64,000 bases of DNA, from contig OZ244160.1 in NCBI GenBank assembly GCA_965216325.1, forward strand, positions 2,944,001 to 3,008,000. The letters are read 5' to 3'. This document shows, piece after piece, positions 1 to 9,917 of this stretch. The first letter of the stretch is position 1. Each line of letters starts with the position of its first letter. The notes beneath the pieces were generated by a model. The model was not told the DNA's origin, did not search any database, and was given only the letters and a program-made list of their open reading frames with translations. The DNA is from Coraliomargarita sp. (GTDB taxonomy: Bacteria; Verrucomicrobiota; Verrucomicrobiia; Opitutales; Coraliomargaritaceae). The position numbers and the translations under genes are program-made.

Positions 1-1493
1 CCAGCTTCCTTGGCGGTCTTCATCAGATCGTAGTCGAGCTTGCCGAGGCTGGTGGCTTTAAGCTCCAGTTCGATCTCAACGATCTGGCGGAGTTGTTCAA
101 GGAACCAGCGGTCGATCTTGGACAGGTCAAAGATGTCGTCGACAGTCAGGCCATTGAGGAAGCCCTGGCGGAGCCAGAACACACGCTCGCAGGTGGAAAT
201 CGCGATGCCTTCGCGAACTTTTTGCAGGTCTTCGATCTTCTCTTGGAACTTGGCTGGGCCGTAGAAGCCCATGGCGCCGATTTCGAGAGAGCGGAGTGCT
301 TTCTGGAAAGACTCCTTAAAGGTGCGGCCGATTGCCATGGCTTCACCCACCGACTTCATCGCGGAAGTCAGGGTGTCGTCGGCGCCAGGGAACTTTTCGA
401 AAGTGAAACGCGGGATCTTGGTGACCACGTAGTCGATCGTCGGCTCGAAGCTGGCTGGTGTTTCGCGAGTAATGTCGTTTTGCAGTTCGTCGAGGCTGTA
501 GCCGACTGCGAGCTTGGCAGCAATCTTTGCGATTGGGAAACCAGTTGCCTTGGATGCGAGTGCGGAGGAACGAGACACACGTGGGTTCATTTCGATCACC
601 ACCATGCGGCCGTTCTTCGGGTTCACGGAGAACTGGATGTTGGAGCCGCCGGTTTCAACGCCGACTTCACGGATACATGCGAAGGACGCGTCACGCATGA
701 GCTGATACTCCTTGTCGGTCAGCGTCATCGCAGGTGCGATGGTGATCGAGTCACCAGTGTGGACGCCCATTGGGTCAAAGTTTTCAATTGAGCAGATGAC
801 CACGCACTGATCCTTGTGGTCACGCATGACTTCCATCTCGTATTCCTTCCAACCGAGGAGACACTCCTCGACGAGAACTTCAGTCGTTGGTGAGAGTTCG
901 AGGCCGTGCTGCACCATCTTCTCATACTCTTCGCGGTTGTAGGCGATACCACCACCGGAGCCACCGAGTGTGAAGGACGGACGGATAATAATTGGGAAAT
1001 CACCGATTTTCTCGTCCGCAGCCTTAAGCGCGTCGGCGAGATTGTTGACGGTTTCGGACTTCGCTACATCGAGACCGATCTTGAGCATCGCTTGCTTGAA
1101 GACGTCGCGAGCCTCACCTTTTTCAATCGCTTCCGGCTTTGCCCCGATCATTTCGACGCCGTATTTCTCCAAAATGCCGGCTTCGTGGAGATCCATGGAC
1201 AGGTTCAGACCGGTCTGGCCACCCAGCGTTGGAAGGAGCGCATTGGGCTTTTCTGCGGCGATGATCTTCTCCAGTGCATCGACAGTAAGTGGCTCGATGT
1301 AAGTGACATCGGCGAACTCCGGGTCGGTCATGATGGTCGCCGGGTTGCTGTTGACCAGCACCACGCGGTAACCTTCTTCGCGCAGCGCCTTACAGGCCTG
1401 GGTGCCGGAGTAGTCAAACTCGCAAGCTTGGCCGATAACGATCGGTCCGGAACCAATAATGAGGATAGTCTGAATGTCGGTGCGTTTTGGCAT
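1..1493 (-). CDS. carB: Carbamoyl-phosphate synthase large subunit (5' part; runs off window start)
   Basis: Manual minus-strand translation from ATG at 1493 gives [34 protein letters not shown], the canonical CarB N-terminus. It is absent from the ORF track because there is no stop in the window. Confidence 0.97.
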   Translation of the reverse strand, partial: MPKRTDIQTILIIGSGPIVIGQACEFDYSGTQACKALREEGYRVVLVNSNPATIMTDPEFADVTYIEPLTVDALEKIIAAEKPNALLPTLGGQTGLNLSMDLHEAGILEKYGVEMIGAKPEAIEKGEARDVFKQAMLKIGLDVAKSETVNNLADALKAADEKIGDFPIIIRPSFTLGGSGGGIAYNREEYEKMVQHGLELSPTTEVLVEECLLGWKEYEMEVMRDHKDQCVVICSIENFDPMGVHTGDSITIAPAMTLTDKEYQLMRDASFACIREVGVETGGSNIQFSVNPKNGRMVVIEMNPRVSRSSALASKATGFPIAKIAAKLAVGYSLDELQNDITRETPASFEPTIDYVVTKIPRFTFEKFPGADDTLTSAMKSVGEAMAIGRTFKESFQKALRSLEIGAMGFYGPAKFQEKIEDLQKVREGIAISTCERVFWLRQGFLNGLTVDDIFDLSKIDRWFLEQLRQIVEIELELKATSLGKLDYDLMKTAKEA

Positions 1494-1599
1494 AAATTGC
1501 GGAAAGCGTGGAATTTTTACTCTGCCATGCAAGCACGAAGACGCAAATGCGGCAGCTGGACGAAAATTATCCGACTGAGCTATTTTCAGCTCAGTCGGG

Positions 1600-1804
1600 A
1601 AGTCGGAGGCCAGAGGTCAGAGGTCAGTCGAATTTGATACGGGGGTGCGGTTCGCAAGATGGTTTCGGTCTCCTCATCAGAGCTTAAAAAGACTTTTTCG
1701 CGTGGCAATTCGATGGCACATAGGTAACGTTTTCTAATGATAGATGTCAGTTACGATTACGTCAGATCGGTTCTGACTACTCATCTCTGACTACTGACCT
1801 CTGA
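1600..1804. repeat. Inverted heptamer-periodic arms (AGAGGTC-like at 1600-1627; CTGACCT/CTGACTA-like at 1773-1804)
   Basis: agtcggaggccagaggtcagaggtcag and ctgactactcatctctgactactgacctctga are mutually complementary, degenerate 7-mer arrays. Confidence 0.6.
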
Positions 1805-1809
1805 AATTT

Positions 1810-3411
1810 ATGAGCCGAAACAAAAAGCCCGCTGTCATTGTAGCCGTTGCACTCTGTGCGTTGATGACCCTCCCGATCCTGATTATGATGATCTCCCGAA
1901 CCAGGGGCGGTGGCAGTGGTGGCGCTAGTCCGAGTGAGGCACCAGAGGTGATCGGCAGTGCATCGGTGGCAAATTATGATCTACGTCAGCTCGCCGAGCG
2001 TGCGGAGTCATTGCTCAACAACGAACTCGCCGCAGCGGTGCGCAAGGGCGACGTCTCGTTGGATTTTGTGATGCGCCTAAAAAAAGATTTCGACAAGGCA
2101 GAGAGTGCGCTGGCCTCGGGGAAGGACGAAAAGGCGCAAAAGCTCTACGCTGGGGTGGTTCAAGCTGCGGAAACGGAACTCTCGGCGCTTGTATTGGCCG
2201 ACCAGGCGCGTGCGCTTAAAGATAGCACCTATGTGACGCTCCAGCGACTCGAATACCTGAACGCGGTATTTGAGAAGACGTATGCTGAGGCGGTCAGCAC
2301 CTACAACGAGGCGCTCGCTGCGCTGAATGCAAGTCAGTATGAGGAGAGTCTGAAAGGCTTTGAAATGTCGGCTGCCATTCTTGGCGATCTAGAGGCCCGA
2401 TCAGTGCAGCAAATCGGCAGTATGCTCGAAGCGGCTCAGGCGGCACTGGATGCTTATGAGTTGGATGCCGCACGTGCGAAATTTCAGAGTGTGCTCGAAA
2501 TCGATCCAAATAATGCCGTCGCCCGTGCTGGGCTCGAAACTGTCGAAGCGCTGGCTGAGATTGCTGACGAGGTGAAATCCATCGAGAAACTCGAAGCGGC
2601 AGGGTACTTCGAGAAAGCCCTCGCCGAACTCGAAGCCGTTGTCGCTCAGTATCCGCACAACAGCTTCCTCAAGTCGAAGCGTGAAGACCTGCAGCAGCAG
2701 ATCATTGACCGCGATTACGCTGAATTCATCGCCAAGGCAGGTATTGCGGAAGGAGAGGGCAACTATGCTGCGGCGATCGAAGCACTGGAGGCAGCACTCA
2801 AACTGAAATTCGATCCCGAACAGCAGGCCCGCCTCGAAGACCTGAAGGCAAAATACAAAGCTGCGCGTCTGGAATCGCTCCTGCAGCGCGGCTACGACTC
2901 CCTCAAAGCTGGACGCTACACGGAAGCCCGCGATATCTACAAAGAGGCGGTCGATTTAGCGCCGGAGTCTCAGGAGGCGCGCAACGGTTATCAGAAAGCC
3001 TCTAGTTTGCATCTGGCTTCGATCCGCTACACGCAAGGCATCGAGGATGCAGCCAAATACATTCAGGAGGGCCGCTATCCGGTTGCGGCGAAGTTCTTCA
3101 ACACCGCGATGGGCGCCAAGCCGAGCAACATTACCATGACTCAGCAGAAAGAAGAAACCCGCATCCGCAATATCCTGCAGCAGCAAAGTCAAGAGGCCTC
3201 GATATCGATCAAGTCGGACAAGAAAACCTATGTGAGCATCATTGGCGTCTTTCCGCCGGAAAAACTCAAAAGTAAGGAGCTAAAACTCTATCCGGATGTC
3301 TATAAGATAAGAGGCACTCGTCGTGGCTACCAAGCAGTTGAAATCGAACTTCGCGTGGATGCCACCAAGTCAAATCAAAGCATCGAAGTCATTTGCACCG
3401 AAAAACAATGA
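1810..3411 (+). CDS. Membrane-anchored TPR-repeat protein with a C-terminal beta (PEGA-like) domain
   Basis: N-terminal TM helix, TPR-like repeats (ARAKFQSVLEIDPNNAVA; EARDIYKEAVDLAPESQEA) and a beta-rich C-terminus (YKIRGTRRGYQAV). Confidence 0.75.
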   Translation: MSRNKKPAVIVAVALCALMTLPILIMMISRTRGGGSGGASPSEAPEVIGSASVANYDLRQLAERAESLLNNELAAAVRKGDVSLDFVMRLKKDFDKAESALASGKDEKAQKLYAGVVQAAETELSALVLADQARALKDSTYVTLQRLEYLNAVFEKTYAEAVSTYNEALAALNASQYEESLKGFEMSAAILGDLEARSVQQIGSMLEAAQAALDAYELDAARAKFQSVLEIDPNNAVARAGLETVEALAEIADEVKSIEKLEAAGYFEKALAELEAVVAQYPHNSFLKSKREDLQQQIIDRDYAEFIAKAGIAEGEGNYAAAIEALEAALKLKFDPEQQARLEDLKAKYKAARLESLLQRGYDSLKAGRYTEARDIYKEAVDLAPESQEARNGYQKASSLHLASIRYTQGIEDAAKYIQEGRYPVAAKFFNTAMGAKPSNITMTQQKEETRIRNILQQQSQEASISIKSDKKTYVSIIGVFPPEKLKSKELKLYPDVYKIRGTRRGYQAVEIELRVDATKSNQSIEVICTEKQ

Positions 3412-4166
3412 GGATTTTTAACGTAGGGGCGTGCCTTGGCGCGCCCGCCACAGAGCAAAAGCCTCCCCGCTGTGGGCGCGCCAAGGCACGCCCCTACGTT
3501 TTATTCCTAGCTATTTTAGCCGGATGTGCTCCTACACTCTCGGCTACGCCCGATCCCGATATCTTCGATGGGCGAATCACACAGCAGCCGCCCGAATCTG
3601 AAGGCTCTGCAGCTAGCGGTGCCGAAGGTAGTCAGGGCAGTGAAGCTGCCGCGAGTGGCGGTACTCAGGGTGGTGCGCAACAATCCGAGCGGGACCTTGA
3701 ATCTACCGGATCGACCGGCAGGGGCGAAACCGTTCAATCCGGAACGTCCAAGTCGGGCTCTACGCCATCGGGCTCTTGGGGTAGCACTGCCGGTAGTGGT
3801 AGCGAGGCGGGCAATCCGAGCGGTCAAGCAGGTGGTTCCGAAACAGAAAGCTCAAGCACTGGTGGCGGAGCAGGTAGCGCTGGTCAAACGGGGTCCGGGC
3901 AAGAAGCCGGTGGTTCCGGAGGCGGGGGTGAGCCGACGGCTGAGCGCAGTTTTGAAGACTTCGGCTTCGGTGGCAGCGAAGCGACGAACTCCACGGTTTC
4001 TGAAAAAACATCTAAGTCTGGCTCGGGTTCAAAATCTTCGGGTAGTAGTTCGTCCGGCTCTACTGACTCTAGCCAAGGCACTGGAGGCACTGGTGGAAGT
4101 GGTTCAGAGTCCCATCAGGGCAACGGCACTGGGGATTACGGTTCAAACATTCCGAGCGGCATATAA
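3408..4166 (+). CDS. Secreted Gly/Ser-rich low-complexity protein (signal peptide interrupted by an in-frame REPIN)
   Basis: ATG at 3408 overlaps the upstream stop (ATGA). Hydrophobic signal core VLFLAILAGCAPTLSA, followed by a G/S/T/E-rich body. Confidence 0.7.
   Translation: MRIFNVGACLGAPATEQKPPRCGRAKARPYVLFLAILAGCAPTLSATPDPDIFDGRITQQPPESEGSAASGAEGSQGSEAAASGGTQGGAQQSERDLESTGSTGRGETVQSGTSKSGSTPSGSWGSTAGSGSEAGNPSGQAGGSETESSSTGGGAGSAGQTGSGQEAGGSGGGGEPTAERSFEDFGFGGSEATNSTVSEKTSKSGSGSKSSGSSSSGSTDSSQGTGGTGGSGSESHQGNGTGDYGSNIPSGI
3420..3500. repeat. GTAG-type REPIN (inverted REP pair) inside a CDS
   Basis: AACGTAGGGGCGTGCCTTGGCGCGCCC ... GGGCGCGCCAAGGCACGCCCCTACGTT is a perfect 27-bp inverted repeat. 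Confidence 0.9.
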
Positions 4167-4753
4167 TGAGAACTCGAGATTATTTAAATGGAGGGACGTC
4201 GTCCTCGACGTCCGCTAACCACATGCTCGGACCGCGAGGACGTGGTCCCTCCACGCATGCACTATGGCTTGCGATTCCTCTGTTCCTGCTTTCCTCATTG
4301 ATCACTCACGCTCAGCTACGCGTGATCGAGGAAGAGGCGATTCCGTTTACGGGTTTTCTTTCCAAGGCTAAATTCGATGAGCGCTATCCCGGTAAGCAAG
4401 TGCCGGACGTGTCACAGCTGGATTCAGGCTGGTATGTGGTCTATCAGCACGAATCACTGAGTTATTACTTTGGGCCAATCTTACTCGAGTCTACTGCTGA
4501 GGATTATTTGGCGCAACTCGAAGCAATTGTCGGCGATGCCGTGGCCCAGCGTCCGGACATTCAGAACTATCGGCTCGAGTTGAGCTTTGAACCGAGTGAG
4601 ATTAGCCAGTCTGGAGGACAATCCGGCCAGGACGCCAGCCAGCAACCGTCTGAGCAGAATCCACAACAGGATCCCGGCGCAAGCGGATCACCACCTCCAC
4701 CGCCGCAGGAGTTTAGCTTGTTTGGACTGATCAAGCGCATCTTCGGACTGTAG
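4166..4753 (+). CDS. Secreted hypothetical protein with a Gln/Pro-rich tail (signal peptide interrupted by an in-frame REPIN)
   Basis: TAATG overlap with the upstream stop, and signal core ALWLAIPLFLLSSLITHA. Confidence 0.75.
   Translation: MRTRDYLNGGTSSSTSANHMLGPRGRGPSTHALWLAIPLFLLSSLITHAQLRVIEEEAIPFTGFLSKAKFDERYPGKQVPDVSQLDSGWYVVYQHESLSYYFGPILLESTAEDYLAQLEAIVGDAVAQRPDIQNYRLELSFEPSEISQSGGQSGQDASQQPSEQNPQQDPGASGSPPPPPQEFSLFGLIKRIFGL
4189..4253. repeat. GGAG-type REPIN inside a CDS
   Basis: TGGAGGGACGTCGTCCTCGACGTCCG ... CGGACCGCGAGGACGTGGTCCCTCCA; each arm is itself a hairpin. Confidence 0.8.
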
Positions 4754-4774
4754 CTGAGTGTGGCTTTGAGCCTC

Positions 4775-4846
4775 GCCCACGAATTTCACGAATTATCACG
4801 AAGGCATACGTAAGGTCGTTCGTGTTGATTCGTGTAATTCGTGGGC
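4775..4846. repeat. Inverted nonamer-periodic hairpin element (CACGAATTT)n...(ATTCGTG)n
   Basis: gcccacgaatttcacgaattatcacgaa / ttcgtgttgattcgtgtaattcgtgggc. Confidence 0.75.
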
Positions 4847-4884
4847 TCTTTCGTCGTCAGATTCTCATTAATGAGAATGAGCAT

Positions 4885-4917
4885 AAAAAAGCCGGAACCC
4901 ACGAATGGATTCCGGCT
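4885..4917 (-). terminator. Rho-independent terminator of pfp
   Basis: agccggaa...ttccggct stem with an A-tract on + (U-tract on -). Confidence 0.75.
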
Positions 4918-4942
4918 GTGCAAAGTTTGAGCTTAACAACGC

Positions 4943-6181
<1,239 letters not shown>

Positions 6182-6426
6182 AATAAATATATAGGTGTGA
6201 GTGAGAATGTTCCGAGGAGCGGAGCGAGGACAAAACCATACGCAAAGCGAACCGGATCATGAGCCGTAGCTTTGTGGGAGATTTTGTCTGCAAAGCAAAC
6301 ATGAAGTCGTGTTGAGATTTTACGCAAATATGGTGCGCCCTTGTTATAATCAGAATTATTAACGATGATTAGTGAATTTGAGGAGCGGTTCTTGCAGTTG
6401 CTCGGATGTGGTGCCAACTTGCGCGC

Positions 6427-7425
6427 ATGATCGTTACGATGTTCAGCACAAAATCCTATGATGAACGCTACTTTGCCGCAGCGAATGAGGCGGGCGCAAA
6501 GCATGACTTGATTTTTCAGGAGGCAAAATTGACCGCGCAATCGGCGCCACTCGCGATAGGCTCGCGCTGTGTCTGTGCCTTTGTCAATGACCACCTAGAC
6601 CGCGAGGTCTTGGAGCAGTTGAGCGCCGGAGGCACTGAGTATCTCGCACTACGCTGTGCGGGCTTCAATAATGTCGATTTGGAGGCCGCCAATGAACTGG
6701 GAATCAAAGTGGTGCGGGTTCCGGCGTATTCGCCGCATGCGGTTGCGGAGCACACTCTTGCTCTGTTGCTGACACTGAATCGTCGTATTCACCGTGCTTA
6801 CAACCGTGTGCGCGAGGGTAATTTTGCGCTGAATGGTTTGGTGGGCTTTGATTTGCATGGGCTGACAGTTGGTATTATCGGCACCGGTAAGATTGGTACG
6901 ATCACCGCCGGCCTCTTCAAGGGCTTTGGCTGTAACTTGGTTTGTTACGATGTATTCGAAAACCCAGAGATGAAGGCGATGGGGGCAACCTACATGCCGC
7001 TCGACGATCTCTTTGCCCAGTCCGATATCATTTCGCTACACTGTCCTTTGTTGGAATCGACGCACCACCTGATCAACGAGGGGGCGATCCAGAAGATGAA
7101 GCCTGGCGTGACTTTGCTGAATACCAGCCGCGGTGCCTTGATTGATACCGCCGCAGTGATTGCCGGCCTCAAGTCCGGGCACATTGGCAACCTCGCAATC
7201 GATGTGTATGAGGAAGAGGACAATTTGTTCTTCGAGGACAAATCGGGGCAGGTGATGCAAGACGATATCTTCGCACGCTTGCTGACGTTCCCGAATGTGC
7301 TAATTACAGGCCACCAGGCGTTCTTTACTGATACAGCCCTTTCCCAGATTGCGCAGGTGACGCTGAAGAATATTACAGATTTAGAGCAAACAGGTCGTAG
7401 CGACAACGAAGTCGTGTTTAGTTAA
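6427..7425 (+). CDS. ldhA: D-lactate dehydrogenase (D-2-hydroxyacid dehydrogenase family)
   Basis: [34 protein letters not shown] and TGHQAFFT motifs. Confidence 0.9.
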   Translation: MIVTMFSTKSYDERYFAAANEAGAKHDLIFQEAKLTAQSAPLAIGSRCVCAFVNDHLDREVLEQLSAGGTEYLALRCAGFNNVDLEAANELGIKVVRVPAYSPHAVAEHTLALLLTLNRRIHRAYNRVREGNFALNGLVGFDLHGLTVGIIGTGKIGTITAGLFKGFGCNLVCYDVFENPEMKAMGATYMPLDDLFAQSDIISLHCPLLESTHHLINEGAIQKMKPGVTLLNTSRGALIDTAAVIAGLKSGHIGNLAIDVYEEEDNLFFEDKSGQVMQDDIFARLLTFPNVLITGHQAFFTDTALSQIAQVTLKNITDLEQTGRSDNEVVFS

Positions 7426-7428
7426 GAC

Positions 7429-8766
7429 ATGCCGACTGACCTCGAGGTTATCGCGCAGCGCAATGTGCGCGCCTTTACGCTGTTCCGAATGTTTTTTTCG
7501 GCGCGGTTCTATTATCCGGTCTATGCGCTGATCTTTCTCGATTATGGCCTGACACTAGAGCAGTTCGGTATCCTGAACGGTATCTGGGCAGTTACCATCG
7601 TGCTCTCTGAAGTGCCATCCGGTGCTTTGGCGGATACAGTTGGGCGGCGGAATTTGCTCATATTCTCCGGGGTTTTCATGTTGCTGGAGATGGCTGTGCT
7701 GCTGATCGCACCGATCAATGGTGGCGCGCTCTTGTTCATGATGTTCCTGTTCAATCGCATCATTAGCGGTTTGGCCGAAGCGGCTGCGAGTGGGGCAGAT
7801 GAGGCGCTGGCGTATGACTCTTTAAAAGCTGTCGGGCAGGAAGATCGTTGGGGACACATCTTAGAACGTGTGCAGCGCGATACCTCGATTGTCGTGTTCT
7901 TTGTCGTGCTGATCGGTGCTGCGATCTATGACCCGAATATGGTGAATGCCTTGTTCGCTTTTCTTGGGCTTGATTGGCGCGTTGTTCAGGAGGACTTGGT
8001 CAAAGTTCCGCTGCTCTTAACCTTTTGCTCTGGTATCGTGGTGCTTACGATGGCTCTGCGTATGCGCGAGTGTACAGAGCGCGTACACGATTCAGTGGTT
8101 GAGACTCTGAAGTCGAGTTGGCGACAGTCGGTGACCGCTGCCAGGTGGATTTGGACGGCTGCGCTACCGTTTGGTATTTTAATGGCAGTCATGTCGCTGG
8201 ATAGTCTCATTCGCCAGTTCCTGACCCTCGCCAGTGAATATTGGAATGTCATCGATATGCCGATCGCGAGTTATGGATTGATTGGCTCGGGGATGGCAGT
8301 TGTTGGTATGTTTGTGCCGCGTTGGGCGCGGTTGTTGGCTGAGCGCTATACTCCGGTGCAGAACTACATGTTCACCGCAACGATGGTCTTTGTCGGTCTG
8401 TTGGGACTCGGCTTTGCCATTCCGTATTGGGGCATTGCGCCAGCGGTGTTTTTATACTCGGCGATGCACTTCATGGCGTTCTTCGCGAGTCGCTATCTGA
8501 ATGAATCGGCGCCTTCCGATCAACGTGCAACGGTGCTTAGTTTTAAAGGCTTAACATCGAATTTTGCTTATGGCGCGGTATCTTTGATGTATTCTGGTCT
8601 GATCGTTGCAATCAAAGCAGGCGATGATACGGACGCGCTGATTGTCGAGGCAGACTATCAGAAGTCTGTATTCATCGATTCACTACAAGTTTTTCCATGG
8701 TATTTCCTCGTGACCGTTGTGCTGGTCTTCGCGGTGCATCGTTTGAAGTTTGGGAAAGGAAGTTGA
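7429..8766 (+). CDS. MFS transporter
   Basis: EVPSGALADTVGRR motif A, and about 12 hydrophobic segments. Confidence 0.85.
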   Translation: MPTDLEVIAQRNVRAFTLFRMFFSARFYYPVYALIFLDYGLTLEQFGILNGIWAVTIVLSEVPSGALADTVGRRNLLIFSGVFMLLEMAVLLIAPINGGALLFMMFLFNRIISGLAEAAASGADEALAYDSLKAVGQEDRWGHILERVQRDTSIVVFFVVLIGAAIYDPNMVNALFAFLGLDWRVVQEDLVKVPLLLTFCSGIVVLTMALRMRECTERVHDSVVETLKSSWRQSVTAARWIWTAALPFGILMAVMSLDSLIRQFLTLASEYWNVIDMPIASYGLIGSGMAVVGMFVPRWARLLAERYTPVQNYMFTATMVFVGLLGLGFAIPYWGIAPAVFLYSAMHFMAFFASRYLNESAPSDQRATVLSFKGLTSNFAYGAVSLMYSGLIVAIKAGDDTDALIVEADYQKSVFIDSLQVFPWYFLVTVVLVFAVHRLKFGKGS

Positions 8767-8771
8767 TTGAG

Positions 8772-8797
8772 TGGAGGGCAACGCTCCGTCGTTGCCA
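8772..8797 (+). repeat. GGAG-type REP, single copy
   Basis: TGGAGGGCAACGCTCCGTCGTTGCCA is identical to the reverse complement of 59618-59643. Confidence 0.85.
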
Positions 8798-8832
8798 CCG
8801 CAGGGTAAAAGCTTACAACGCTGATTTCGGGG

Positions 8833-9348
8833 TTACCAAAGCTCAGGCTTCTGTAGTGCTTCCACGCAGATGAGCTTGCCGCTTGTGGGGTGGTGCTCGT
8901 TGAGCTTTAGAATTTGCCAACCGAATGGATAGCGGAGCGGGTAGGGTGCTTCGATTGTGCTTGTGGGGGCCTCAATGAAACCGAAGCGAGCGTAGTAATT
9001 GGGATCTCCGTAGACGTAGAGTTCATGGGCGTCGGATGCTTTGTATTCGGCGATGCCTTGTTGGACTAGACGGCCACCGATTCCTTGCTTCTGGAGCTTG
9101 GGTGTGACTGCTAGAGGTGCCAGCAGCACTGCACGATAGTCCGTGTGCTCGGGGATGGATAACGGACTAAATGCGATGTGTCCTTCCAGCTGGCCTCCAT
9201 TCTCTGCCACAAGGCTGTTAGCATGTGCAGACTTCAATAAGTCGAGTGCGAGCTGTGCGACTAGCTTCGATTCGTCTGGCGGAAAGGCGTCGCGATAGAG
9301 CTCACTCATTTGAGCCTGATCGCTGAGCCTTGCCGGACGGATTTTCAT
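8833..9348 (-). CDS. GNAT family N-acetyltransferase (YhbS-like)
   Basis: LAPLAVTPKLQKQGIGGRLV and VYGDPNYYARFGF motifs. Confidence 0.88.
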   Translation of the reverse strand: MKIRPARLSDQAQMSELYRDAFPPDESKLVAQLALDLLKSAHANSLVAENGGQLEGHIAFSPLSIPEHTDYRAVLLAPLAVTPKLQKQGIGGRLVQQGIAEYKASDAHELYVYGDPNYYARFGFIEAPTSTIEAPYPLRYPFGWQILKLNEHHPTSGKLICVEALQKPELW

Positions 9349-9364
9349 CGCAGTGTGATGCGCT

Positions 9365-9452
9365 GGTAGGGACGACTGCCCTCAGTCGTCCGCATTTTCT
9401 CTCTGGCGGACGCTTGCACCCAAGGGCATAATAAAGGGCAAGCGTCCCTACC
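9365..9452. repeat. GTAG-type REPIN
   Basis: GGTAGGGACGACTGCCCTCAGTCGTCCGC ... GGGCAAGCGTCCCTACC; same family as 44597-44673. Confidence 0.8.
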
Positions 9453-9456
9453 ATCT

Positions 9457-9843
9457 TTATTGATGTTCTAGGATCTCGACTTCGTAGCCGTCTGGGTCGG
9501 TGATGAAGGCCATCTTCTTGCCGTCGACAAACTTCTCGCGCCAGTTGCTCGGCCACAGATCGGTTTCGATTTCTAGGCCTTCGAGCATTTCGCAGTATTC
9601 AATGATGTCATCGACGCGAATGCAGGTGTGGACCAAGTCTTCAGGCACCTTCACTTCGTAGTCAGGTGAGTGGGTGAGTTCCAGCTGGTGGTCACTGGCC
9701 GGAAGCTTGAGGTGCGCAAGCTGGTTGCCGGAGGGCGACTTGTCGGTGCGGCGCATGACTTCAAAGCCGCAGGTCTGGCAATACCAGTCGATGGATTTTT
9801 CGAGGTTGGAGACGCGGATACGGGTGTGGTCGAAGGTGATCAT
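9457..9843 (-). CDS. VOC/glyoxalase I (lactoylglutathione lyase-like) protein
   Basis: HTRIRVSNLEKSIDWY, LELT and FITDPDGYEVEI motifs. Confidence 0.85.
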   Translation of the reverse strand: MITFDHTRIRVSNLEKSIDWYCQTCGFEVMRRTDKSPSGNQLAHLKLPASDHQLELTHSPDYEVKVPEDLVHTCIRVDDIIEYCEMLEGLEIETDLWPSNWREKFVDGKKMAFITDPDGYEVEILEHQ

Positions 9844-9917
9844 GTTTTTCTTGGAATGAATGTGCGAAAGTTTGAAAGTGTAAACTTAGCGGCTATGCGA
9901 CAACGTGCAACTAACAA

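Noticed and set aside
93..1637. Plus-strand ORFs of 232 and 243 aa
   Set aside because: Antisense shadows of carB, which is on the minus strand.
3526..4218. 230-aa alternative-frame ORF
   Set aside because: Frame-shifted read of the low-complexity Gly/Ser gene; no signal or motif.
4861..4878. Perfect 18-bp palindrome ATTCTCATTAATGAGAAT resembling a Fur-type box
   Set aside because: It lies between convergent gene ends, so there is no promoter to regulate, and it is single-copy here.
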